Source of the DNA: Octopus bimaculoides
Lineage: Eukaryota
Length of the DNA stretch: 64,000 nucleotides
Assembly (NCBI RefSeq): GCF_001194135.2
Contig: NC_068985.1
Span: forward strand, 107,430,549 to 107,494,548
Reading direction: 5' to 3'
The position numbers were made by a program, and so were the translations under genes. The notes beneath the pieces are model-generated. The model worked only from the letters and a program-made list of their open reading frames with translations, was not told where the DNA came from and searched no databases. The first letter of the stretch is position 1, and each line of letters starts with the position of its first letter. This document shows positions 34,269 through 48,039 of the stretch, piece after piece.

Positions 34269-37200
34269 GCTATGCTTAGAGTAAATGCCAAAATATAACA
34301 CCACAAACATCACAAACAACATCATACAAACTACCACCATTACCACTGTCACAATCCACTATCAACACCATAACTACAACAACAGTGACCATCACCATTA
34401 CTCTTTCATTACTGTATTTATTTTGAGATGCTCTGTGTTTCTCTCAATTATTTTAGATATAACAAAGAATTTAAGAAAATGACTTTGTTATCATTAAGCT
34501 TGTGTTAGGAACATTGTGACTAAGGTTTGGCAGAAGACTTTAATTCAAAACTTATGAAAACAACACATTTGTACTACAGAGCCAGAGCTGGTTTCAGCTG
34601 GGTTGGTAATGAAAGGGTTTAAACTATAATCATTTTCATAACCATTGCCACCACCACAACCACTAATACTCTAACCACCAACAACCCACTTCTAATCACA
34701 TATTCCTTCCAGGTTTTCCATGGCCTGTTTCTGTATCTAATGTTGATTTCAAATTTTGGCACAAGGCCAGCAATTTAGGGGAGAGTGGGTAAGTTGATTA
34801 CATCCATCTCAGTGTTTAACTGGTACTTATTTTATAGACCCTGAAAGGATGAAAGATAAATATTGACCTTAGCAGAATTTGAACTCAGAATGTAAAGATG
34901 TGCTAATGATTCTGCCAGCTTGCTGCCCTATTTCTATATCTAATATCAACAACTCACTCTACATGTTCTCCCACATGCAGCCACACCTCTTGTGCAAATT
35001 ATCTGATACCAGGCATTAATCCATCTCTAGATTCTACATTCAGCATTTTGTTATACCACTAAGCCTTTGTTATGCTCACCTTGCTCTTGTACCATGAGTA
35101 CTGTATGTAAGAAGCTCATCATTATTTGTATAAGGTAAAAACAAGGGTTATAAAGGGGTCACTGCAAATGAGACATATCAACTGCATCAGTTAAGGAATC
35201 TTAAGGCACTTCTATCCATGTAGTAGGGGAAGCTGTGCTAAGGTAATGGAAATTGATTGTCTTCCTTAGACAGGGAAAAAAAATACGGTACTCACCTGTA
35301 AAGTTCCTTAGGTCCTTCTTCTATTGTAAATGCGGTCTCTTCCTCTTTTTCTTCTGTTAGGGCTTTGTAAAACTCATGCTACAATGAAAAGGAAGAAGAA
35401 GATAAAAGCAAGGTATTTTGGTTAGATATAATTTTGATTACTTTTTGGCAGGCATAGAGAATTGGTTGAGTGAACACCAAAACATTAATGAAGTGCATTC
35501 ACGCTGTTAATATTCTATTTACTATTTGAATTCAAGACATACAGATTGACGAAATGAAGCTAAGCGTTATGCCTGACGGTTAACGATTCTGCCAGCTTGC
35601 TGTCTTAATAATAACAATAATAATAATAATAACAACAATAGTTTCAAATTTTGGCACAAATCCAGCAATTTTTTAGGGGAGGGTAAAGTCAATTACACTG
35701 ACCCATACTGAACTGGTACTTAGCTTTACCTTTCAGCTTTTTTAGGTCGATAAATTGACCTTGGCAATATTTGAACTCATAAAGTAAAGAGCTGGACAAA
35801 ATACAGCTGACCATTTTGTCTGATGCATTAATGATTCTGTCATCTTGCTGCCTTGATGTCGACAGCAATGATGATGATTTTTTCTAATTTTTGGTACACA
35901 TACGCTTCTTACGGGCCAGCCTCACAAAAGCAGCCCAACTTATTGACAGATTCTTAGAGCAAGCCCTAAGAAGGAATTCTCAAGGATCTGAGCATTTACT
36001 TGAGGCCAACAATTCATCTTTTTTTTTTTTTTTTTTTGAAAATATTTGATCACTGAAGTAAATTAATTTTTTAAGGTGAAACTCAAAGTAGATAAAGCTA
36101 TAAAAGTAATAGTATTTAGTATGCTAGGTTAAAACAACACTTAGATGGAAAGCCTCACTACTTAGAGTTCCACCTGACAAAGATGTTTTACTTCAATTCT
36201 CTCAAAGTTTCTAAATTCTAATAATATTATTATAATACTTGATCATAATCTTATTGCTTTTCAAATCTTACCACAGCACATAACAAATCTACTTCAGCTA
36301 ACCATATACCAATAATCCCTAGGTAGGTAGGCAGGTAGAGAGAATAGTATCCTGAAATACTTACATCAGGTTCAGTAGAATCTTCTTCCAGTACCTCTGT
36401 TGTAATTGCAGTGCTTTGACTGTTTTTCAAATCATTGATGTACATTGCAGCCTGGCAACAGAAGATAGAATGGTAAAGCAGAATACAGTATAACATAATA
36501 CCACACATCACAATTGAACAAAAGACAGAATATTATATGGAAGGGTTGACAGAAGAGTTCCTTTGCCATAACTTCTACAAACTTTACTGATTCACATAGA
36601 TTCTAAGTTCTTATGATATATTGCAGTACAATACAATATAGTTATTGAACAGGATTACACAGGCATACCTCAACTTATATTCTGAGTTGTGTCTTTTCCA
36701 ATCCCCATAGTACCCACCCAACGAAAAACACTACAATAAGATGCAATAAAATATATTAAAATACAATACAACAATACTTACATAACACAGTAACAACAGA
36801 GCAATATGGTGCAGAACCATAATAACAGCTTAGGCACAGGCAAGCAATTTTTGATGGGAAGGGCTTAACTGATACCACCAACCTCAATACCTGATTGATA
36901 TTTCATGTTAACCTCAACAGGACTTGAACTTAGAATGTAAAGAACCAGAAGAAATATTACAAGACGTTTATTTCTTTTACCTTAATAATTCTGCCAGCTT
37001 GCCCCCTTTGACAGTACAGTTTCAAATTTTGGTACAAGGCCAGCAATTTTATGGAGGGTAAGTCTTATCAATAACTTCAACAAGTGCTCAGTCGATACTT
37101 ATCTTATAGATCCCCTTGGCAGAATTTGAACTCGGAACTCCATTAAGCATTTTGTCTTGCACACTAAAACAATTCTACCACAACCCTTTCTACTAAATGG

Positions 37201-38015
37201 CACAAGGCCTGAAATTTTAGTGGAGGGAGCTAGTTGGCTACATTGATTCCAGTACTCGATTGGTTTTTATCCTATTGAACCTAAAAGGGTGAAAGGCAAA
37301 GTTGACCTTGGCAGAATTTTAACTCAGAGTGTCAAGGTGAATGAAAGGCTGCTAAGCATTGTGTCCAATGCACTAAAGATACTGCCAGCTTGCTGTCTTA
37401 AACAACTCTACCATAACAAAGTAAAACACATCAGTATACATACCTTAAATTTCTCATCCTTGTTAGATTGTGCACCATTCCACTGGTAGATTGTTTTACC
37501 AAGATCAAGTATAAAGACATCACCACTATCCAACATATCTTTGTTTTTGGCAACCTTGAAATGAAACGAGACAGTTGATATAGAAGTATAGGTTATAGCA
37601 TAGATTACTGAGCCACATTTAGTAGTAGTAGTAGTGGTGGTGGTGATGGTGATGTAGTAGTAGTTATCCCTGAGTCAGATTTATAAACAAAGGCATTTTA
37701 ACCATGACAATTCTGACTTAATTTTGAGGAATAGTTTTTCCTTATCTACATTAACCAATATACCTACTTTTTAAGATGATTTAGCTGCTATTTTGTGAAA
37801 GTTAAGCAACTTAGAAAAGTATGTTCTGTCACAAGTATTAGGGCTCTGGTTTGAAGATATCTTTCTCAATCTCTCCCATCAACCCTAGCATCCTTTTAAA
37901 GGGTTGTAGCATTGCTTTCCTTCCTAATTAACCAACCAAATAAACAATCAATCAACTCATCTATCTACCTACCTCTCTATCAATCAGTCAGTCCATCTAT
38001 CTAACTATCTGTCAA

Positions 38016-38067
<52 letters not shown>

Positions 38068-38157
38068 NNNNNNNNNNNNNNNNNNNNNNNNNNNNNNNNN
38101 NNNNNNNNNNNNNNNNNNNNNNNNNNNNNNNNNNNNNNNNNNNNNNNNNNNNNNNNN

Positions 38158-38230
<73 letters not shown>

Positions 38231-39077
38231 CTTATTGGCTTGTAGTAGTTATAGTAATAATAGCAGCAGCAGTACCAACCAAAGACAGTAGTAATACTGT
38301 TCTATCCAGTGTGTCTTTATCACCTGATGTACTATTCTTGGAGCATATCTCTCTTTTCAAGGTCTGAATTGAATGTGAGGCATCTTTCTTCATTTGGATA
38401 AGATGGCAGTTCTTTGCAAAGTCTACTCTGCCACCACCAACACCAATAGTGAATCTGTATTTAATAACTAATGAAAAATTGGTCAGTTAATACCAACCAG
38501 TGGTATCTACTTACAGCTAGAAGTAGACACAGCTACTGAGACTTATTATAAAACAGTCAATTATACCACGGTGGTACCTACTTACAGTTAAGCAGGCTGA
38601 ACTATTAGTCATAAACATAGCAACATAGCAATGTGTAAAACAATTTACTGACCTCTTTGATTTCAACATGTTTCTTTGTACCACAGAAATGTAGGAGCCT
38701 TGATTGATAGGTCTTCTCTGTGACAACTCGGAATCCAGAATCAACTCCACCCTTTAACAACCTTTTGAGCAAAGAGAAAAATAACAGTAACAATAACAAA
38801 AATATTTTAAGGAGGGATAGAGACAAATTATGGCAGAGTTTATACTAGCATGTTAATAGTATTTATGAACTCATGCAGCTGAAAAGGTGAAGTTGGATTT
38901 GGTGGAATTTGATCTGAAAACCTAAAGGCTTAATACTAAATATTATATGGCATTTAGTATACCTTTTTACAATTTCAACCAGAGCATTTTATCTAGTGCT
39001 CTAACGATTCTGCCAGCCTGCCACATTCAACCACCCTTAAGAATAATATTTTTCTTCACTGTTGTCACAAAGATGAC

Positions 39078-39119
<42 letters not shown>

Positions 39120-40441
39120 CAACATAGGTCCAAGGCAGCAAAATTAGAAGAATACAGTTAATGAAACTGATCCCAGAACTTGAATGATAATTTATTTTCT
39201 TGACTCCAGAAGGATGACAAGCAAAGTTGATCTTGAAGGGATTTGAACTCAGAATGTAAAGGATTGTAGCAAAAGACTACAAAGTGTTTTGTCTAGTTCT
39301 CTACTGCTCAAAATAATTTTTAACAAAGGTGTGTCTCAGTGGTTAAAAGTTCACTTCCCAATCATATGGTTTCAAGTTCAGACCCCTTGTATGGCACCTT
39401 GGGTAAGTGTCTTCTACTATAGCCCTGGGTTGATCAAAGCCTTGTGAGTAAATCTGGTAGATGAAAACTGAAAGAAGTTTGTTGAGCGCTTATGTGTGTG
39501 TGTGTGTGTGTGTGTGTTTGCGTGCATGTGTTTATGAATGTATGCAAAGGTGCATGCACATGTGTTTGTGTCTTCTTGTTTTGACTTCATGTGATAGCTG
39601 TAAACAAGTATCACCATCAACTAAATAGCATCCTTTGTTTTCAAATCTTCTGCGAAAACATGTCCAGCTATGGGGAAATATTACCTTTATTGGAAACAAG
39701 AGGGGTTGGTGACAAGAAGGGTATCCAACCATAGAAAATCTGCTTCAATGAATTCCATTCAATCCATGCAATCATCAAAAAGAGGATATTAAAATGACAG
39801 TGATGATGATGATGATGATAAGGCTACACAAAGCTAAATATTTTAGAAGAGAACAGCCAATTATACCAAGCTCTAATTCTTGACTGATACTTATTTTACT
39901 GCTCCTGGGGTTCCACGTGAGAGTATGGTGAAGGAATGGCTATGTGAAAGTGTAACAACAAAAGTGTAGCTATGAATGTATTTTGAGTAAGTTAAATGAT
40001 ACTTACGTTATATTCTTAAAGTAACTCTTGAAGAGATTAGATTCATGTCCTTGTACCTCTCGATGTTGGATAGGTACATCATCCAAGAAAGTGTCCAACT
40101 CAACAGTTTTGTAGGCAGCTGCACAATACTCATCCTATGGTGAAATACACACAGACAGAAACTTGGGTGATGGTATGAAGCTGAGATGAGTAATGGCACA
40201 AAGTTGAGTGAAGCAATGGAAATGAAGAATGGCATGAAATTGAGTGAAGCAATGGAGGTAAGTGATGAGTATGAAGTTGAGTGAAGTAATGAAGACAAGT
40301 GATGGAACGAAGTTGTGTGAGGCAATGGTAATAAAAGATGGTATAAAGTTGAGTTACAGCTGATAGAGGAAAAGAGTGACGAGCTGCAAAGCATGTGAGA
40401 GAGAAATATATATAAAAAGATAAATGTGGATAGACAGTAAG

Positions 40442-40484
<43 letters not shown>

Positions 40485-40749
40485 AAAATAAGAGGAATGA
40501 CCAGCAAAAGTGGACTCCTATATGCTAGAAATAGATGCCGAATTATCTAACCACGAAAAAATATGTTACTGAGAACATATTTTTTCATGGTTAGATGATT
40601 CGGCATCTATTTCTAGCACATAGGAGTCCACTTTTGCTGGTCATTCCTCTTATTTTTGTATGTAATATAATTTTAATCTTCGGATTTTTTCTTAATATGC
40701 TAGACCACTGGTTTTAATTGATTAATATCAATTTCTACCCTTATTAATA

Positions 40750-40794
<45 letters not shown>

Positions 40795-43125
40795 AATCAT
40801 CATCATCATCATCATCCTCCTCCCCACTTTCTCTTAATCTGTGCAGCCAATCTTTGGGGTACCATTCTAGATGCTTTTGTAGTCAGCTGTCACCATTGGT
40901 CTCTGTTCTCTGCATGCATCACAGGGTTGCAGTGTTGTGACCTGTCCAGTCCTTGATCTTGTCAGACCAGGATTTTCTTTGCCTCTCTTTCACCCTCCTT
41001 CAACTGTGCCCCAAAAGATGGTTTTGGACAGGGAGTTGTAGCAAGATATGTGATTGTACCAGGCAAGCTTTCATCATTTTATCTGTGCAAAGAGTAGTTC
41101 CTGTCTACCAGCATATTTGTTGGCTTGCTGCTGACAAAGCTGTTTGTTTTGTGTTTTGTATACAGAATGTGTAGCAGCCTTCTGAAGTACTTGTGCTCAA
41201 ATACCTGGATTCTTCATTCCATGTATAGATGGATGGAAGTCACTAGGGACTTATACACTTTGAGTCTTGCCTCCATAAAATCAGTTTCATCATGGCTGCA
41301 GAGGACAAACTGAGTCTAATTGTGATCTCATTTTGAGATCTGCTGTCCTTGGTCTGCGTGGATCCTTGGTACTTGAAGGTAGCCACTATGTCAAGTTTCT
41401 CTATATTCAGCATGATGTTGGTTACTGAGTTCTGGTCGTTGCTATTAACCAGGATTTTTCTCTTTTCTGGGATGATCTCCACCCTGTATGCTCCTGATAC
41501 TTTTTCCAGTCTGTGGTGAGCTTTTGAAGTTCTGCTTTACTGCTTCCTGATAGGTCAATATCATTAGCAAAACACAAGTTAGAGATGGACCATCTCCAAT
41601 GGTTTTATATATAAGAATAGCAATTCTTAGTGGACTGTGAATGATGAATTCAATGTCTGTAGCAAAAACACAGGTCCCACAGTCTGCCAATGTCATTCAT
41701 AGCCCAGTGGTATGTTATACATAAACATTGTCTATAGAGAGAGTTTCTCTGCTGAGATATTATCTACTGTAAAGGTTTAAATGTAACTGTATACATCTAC
41801 ACCTCAATTAACGCTACTTAGTTTGCCTCTGGTCAATTCTAGCTTGACAAAGCTTTGTGCACATCAGCAAAATTTCTATTTGCTGTTGAACTCTATAGCA
41901 TTCAAATTCATCAATGAAATGCAATGCTTATTCATTCATATTGTTTTCAATTATTCATGCCTTATCTTGTAACTTCAAGGTATCAATATGGTTGCTTATT
42001 TTTAAAATGACATTGTAGGATAGGTGTGAGCAATTGGATCTCATCTTACACATAACCCTGAATATAAAACAAATAATGTAATTCCTGAGCAAAATAGGAG
42101 TGATAATGTGTATGACAAAGCTGGTTATTTGAATTACAGCCATAGTTCATCCAATGGATTTCCAAACAATTTCCATCTGCATTATTTCATTCATGAAGTT
42201 TGCGTCAACTTGAGGCTTCAGTGATACACACATATCTAAGATGATGCACAGTTGCATTGAACCTAAGACTTTATGACTGCATCCATATAATACACCACAG
42301 TACTGTAATGAATAGCTAAAATAATATAGTACAATATACTACTGTACTATGTAGTCGAAACAGAACAGTACAATAAAGTAGTGGTTTTGAACAAGTTTAA
42401 AACCATTTTAAATTTATTAAACATGACAGGCATGGCTGAGTTATTAAGAAGTCTGGTCCCCCACCACATGGTTTTGAGTTCAGTTCTACTGTGTGGCACC
42501 TTGGGCAAGTGTCTTCTGTAACCCTGGGCCAAGTAAATTTTTGTGAATGGAGCTGATAGACAGAAACAGGAAGAAGCCTGTTGTGTGTAATACGGCAGGT
42601 TTAAATGGAAGGAAAGTTGTCCTTAGTGAGCTTTGAACAACATATTTGGTGTTTGTAGTTGATGAAGAGTAATGATACAGAAACATGTGTCTTATTTCCC
42701 TCAGATATCATTCTGCTTGGTTAGGAAGTGTGCTTTCAAACCACACAATTTAGTGTTCAGTCCCACTGTGTGGCACCTTGGAAGGCAGGGCTGGGCAATC
42801 AGGTGTCATCTATTATCGCCCTGAGCATTGTAAGTAGGGCTGGAGTAGATAGAGATTTCATATGTGTGTCTGTATATAATGTACCGTTCTGTGATAGAAA
42901 GATCAAAAAAAAAAAAAAAGTACTCCATCTGGTGAGAGATAAATATTTATTTAAAGGACACAATACATGTGTTTAAGTGTTAATAGTTTCATATGTTGAG
43001 AAATATCTCAAACATATTCATCAGGCACAATTCACATGTGCCTGATGAATATGTTTGAGATATTTCTCAACAGATGAAACTAATAGTAGCACTTAAAGAC
43101 AAGTATTGTGTCCTTTAAATAAATA

Positions 43126-43164
<39 letters not shown>

Positions 43165-43619
43165 GATGGCATCAAATTTATAATCTTTAAGAGAATGAGA
43201 AATAATTCATTTTTGGTATGATGAATCTCGAAGCTCGAAGCAGATAAAGCTATAAATAATTGTGTAAATATTGGATAAAAAGCCCTTTGGATAGAGAAAG
43301 TCAAAGGCTACCCATATGACTCAAACCTACATCTCCTTAAACATGTGTGTATGTGCATGGGTGTATATGTGCTTATGTCTCCTCTTGACATCATGTAATA
43401 GCTTTAAATAAGAGTCAACATCATAGAACAGTGTTGTTCATATACAATCTTCCATGAAAACATGTCTGGCCATGGGGAAATAATACCTTGCTTGGAAACA
43501 AGTGAGGGTTGGCAACAGGAATGATATTTAGTCATAGAAAATCTATTTCAACAAATTCTGTCTGAGCCATATGAACATGGAAAAGTGCATGTCGAGACAA
43601 TAATAAATATGATGTGTTT

Positions 43620-43678
<59 letters not shown>

Positions 43679-46600
43679 AGAAGGGACAGTTATGTGCAAC
43701 CAGGTAAATGCAATAATGAACAATTTAATATTACTCACCTGAGTGCTGTATTTGCCAATCCAAAAATGTACGTCATAATTGAATCGCTCTCCATTTTCCT
43801 CAAGGTAAGTCTGTTCAGGTAAAAGTAATTCAAATTTAACAAAGGAAACATTAACAACAACAACAAATAGAAGACTGTAGTTTGTGCTGAAGCAATGGTT
43901 CACAAATGACTAATTTTACTATGATTTTGCTCTACTTTCATAGGAAATTTAATTCCTAGTTTTTAAGTAATGCATGAGTCATGTTATAGATATTTAAACA
44001 TATCCACAACCACACATGCAAACATACTTCCCTACACATTATATATATATATATATTCTATTTTTACTCAATTTAGTCATTAGACTGCAGCCATGCTGGA
44101 GCACTGCCTTGAATTGTTTTAGTCCAATGAATTGACATCAGTACTTTTTTTAAAAGTTGGTACTAATTCTATTGGTGTCTTTTGCTAAACTGCTAAGTTA
44201 CAGGGACATAAACACACCAACATTGGTTGTCAAGCAGTGCTGGGGGGGGGGGATAAACACACACACACATACATATACTGAACTGCAAAAGAAACATAAT
44301 TTCATTATGTCAGAAATAAATTTTGATAAACCTGATAAAGTCAATTTCTTGGATGCACTATGACTACAATCTATGGCTCACTGCCATGTGATCTGGTAGT
44401 GGGTGGATCCAGTACATCGAGGTTGTAGGGCATGACATGTTCAATACTGTGTATGCCCTCCATGGGTGTTCAAAACGGCCATACACCGTTGGTACATGGA
44501 GTGCATGAGGCGGTTCACAAAAGCCATTGGCACCTGTACCCACACCCTGAGGAAAGCTGCCTCCAGTTCCACACGAGTTGTCGGCCTTGGGGCCACCTGG
44601 TTCAGCCATCTCTGGATTTCATCCCACAGGTGTTCAATTGGGTTCAAATCTGGGTTGAGAGCCAGCCACAGCATGGTTCTGATGTCATACTGATGCAGGA
44701 AGTCCATGGTTACCCTGGCTGAGTGGGAGGGAACATTGTCCTGCCGGAACATGTGGCTATGGTGACGTGCAAAGAAAGGCACAATGTGAGGTCTTAGGAT
44801 CTGGTCAATGTAGCACTGCACTGTGATGCCATTCCCTCTGCCTGTGTCGTCGCTGATGGGTCACTGTCCAGTGCCAACAGTCTCGCAAGCTGTCATGCTG
44901 GCCGGTCTGAAGCGATCACAGCGGTGTTGAAGGTGGACGAAGCAGTCCTACCTGGACCCAGCGGCACCCTCTGTGGACATGGTCTGCAGTGGTGTTGGTA
45001 TATTTGTATTGCTGTTGCAGGTGATAGACAATAGATGATGCTGACATGGATATTGTAAGCTTTCGCAACAACCAGGGCATGCTGCCATGCTTGCAATCAG
45101 CCGATAGCTTGTTCTCTCTGCACTGCTGACAAATTACGAATGCTAGAGATGCAGTTCAAGTTGATTTTTATATTCATAACCTCCATGAGATGCTTCCTGA
45201 CACCTTTTTTGCCATTCTCCAATGAGCTTTAGTGCATCTGGGCATTGTATACAAAATACAATAAGCTCATGAGAGAGAGAGGGGGGCGTGTTTACCTGTG
45301 TATGTGTGTGTATTTACACAGAAAAAAGATAAAAAGGACAAGAAACTGGTATGAAATTATTTAAGTCAGTGTTCAAGAACACACATGTATAATTACTGGC
45401 ATACCTAATGTTTCGCTATTTCTGTGTTAATTTCAGTATTTAAACATACTAATTATCTTTTGACCCATGACAGGATTATTGTTTTATTTCTTGCATACAT
45501 CATTTTGTTACAAGTATTACAAGTATTACAAGTATTACTAGATGAAAGCAACATCAAGTATTGTGTGATGAGTCATACTACACATGCCTACATCTGACTA
45601 GTCACACACCTTAAAATAACTACATATGATAAGTCATACTATGAAAATACTACATTAGAACTGTACACTGGTCATAACAGTAACCTGCTATATAAGAACT
45701 ATGATTAGTTATGCGTTAAATATGTCAGAACAATATATTTATCATCAACTCCCACCTCCTATTTTCTTACAAATCCTTGCTCTTCATTCAGTCCTTCACA
45801 TCTCACCAATCCTTGTTCATTGTTCAGTATTGTAATACCTCTCTGTACGAGTTTGATTTGTTCCATGACTGAACTCGCCTTACAATTTACTCGTTTTACA
45901 AATAAATTTTCCCCATTGAAATTAACTAAAATATAATAGATCTGATCCCATCTCCACAAAACCACTCAAAATTTATTTTTTATGGGTTTTAAAACAGAAA
46001 AGGTGTAGTTACAAGTAAAATGACAATTATAAAAATGAGAATGCGAAAGAAATATGTAAACTGGTTTTATTAATTGAATTACCTTAAAGATGGGATGATT
46101 TGTGTGCTAGTACTATAGATTTCTGCTTGTACTTCAAGACAAAAATTTGCACGAGTCTTAGCTCATACAGTAAATCACTCATAGAATGGGGCACTCGTAT
46201 TGCAAGATTCTACTGTATTTTGCCCTACATCCTTACTCCTTCTCTAAACATCCCTCATTCTCCCCACACACTCTTGCAACCTCGACTCACCAAACCCTTC
46301 CTGTTCTTCTGTTTGCAGAGTCCACTATCATACCTTACCTTATCATCACCATCTTTCTGGCTCTTTCCAGCTTCACCCCCATTACTCCAAGCCACTCTTG
46401 TATAATGTGAGTAGCCAAGTATTTCCTTTACAGAAAGAAACCTGCTCCAACCCTTTCCTTCATATTTTAACCTTTTATCTCCTACAATAAAGCTACCTCC
46501 CTCTCCACTGTAGTCCCATTCAGTTGAAGGAGATCTTAATCTTGTGGTCTACAAGGCAATCTAACTAGTGATGGTGCCATGAGAAATGCATTGAGTATGC

Positions 46601-47169
46601 TATGTAAAGTGGTTGGCATTAGAAAGGGTATTCAGCTGTACAAACCACCCCAAAGCAGACATTAGAGCATGGTGTAATCTTCCAACTTGCTGGACCTTTC
46701 AGACTAGTCAATCTATGCCAGCATGGAAGAGAGAGAGATTAAAAGATGATGATGATGATGTTGATACAAGACTACAAGAAAATTAGTAATAATATAAAAC
46801 ACAATGTCATAACTTTATGACTAAAATCAACTCTCAAAAACAGAAAGACATAACTGTATGAAAAGGTCAGATTATTAAAATACTCACATTTAAGACAATA
46901 TAGGAGTCACCCTCATAGAACAAACCATAATCCTTTTTAGGCCATTCTTTGACTTTGAATTTCTGCAGAAATAGAAAATAAAATAAAAATAAGTAACATA
47001 TAGTAAAAATACACTTAACTATGTACATGTCTGTGCAGTGAAAAAGTGCTTCTCAACCACATGGTTTAGGTTTCAGTCCCGCTGCAAGGCACCTTGAGCA
47101 AGCGTCTTCTACTATAGCTCCAAAGCCTTATTAAGTGGGTTTGGTAGAAGGAAACTGAAAGAAACCCAT

Positions 47170-47223
<54 letters not shown>

Positions 47224-47999
47224 TGTGTGCACTGGTGTCTCGCAGTCTTGATGTTGTGTAATTATTATAAATTCATGTAATTTATTTCCAATATTCTGTG
47301 GAAATGTATCTGGCCATGGGGAAATATTACCTTGCTTAGAAACAGGTAAAGGTTGATAACAGGAAAGGCATCTGGCTGTAGAAAAATCTACTTCAATAAA
47401 CTATGCCCAACTCATGCAAATATGGAAAAGTGGACATTATGATGATGACGACGTCTATGAATATGTATGTATGTATGTGTGTGTGTGCACATGTGTGCAT
47501 GTGTGTGTTTGCTTTCTGTTCAGATTTATCAAACTTTAACCAACCATTAAGCATTAGGAAGATGTATAAGAAATTAAATGAAGGCAAAAGTAAGAAAGAA
47601 AAAGTGAAAGAAGCTGACAGGGAAAGCGAGTAAAGAAACGAGAATAATCTGTTCTTTAATGCCTCCTTTGCATAACCTGTTCCACTTTAAATTTTAGAAG
47701 TATTTTCTATATAGCCACATAACTCCCCGGGCCGCAACCCCCTTAATTATTATGTGTGGGGCGCAGTTGAGCGAGAGACCAACAAAACTCCTTGTAACAT
47801 CAAAGATGAACTGAAGGCAAGGATTATGGTACCATTCACTAACTTAAACAAGGAGACCGTCCAGAAGAGCTGCAGGAGATTCCGAAGTCATCTCAAGGCC
47901 ATATNNNNNNNNNNNNNNNNNNNNNNNNNNNNNNNNNNNNNNNNNNNNNNNNNNNNNNNNNNNNNNNNNNNNNNNNNNNNNNNNNNNNNNNNNNNNNNN

Positions 48000-48039
<40 letters not shown>

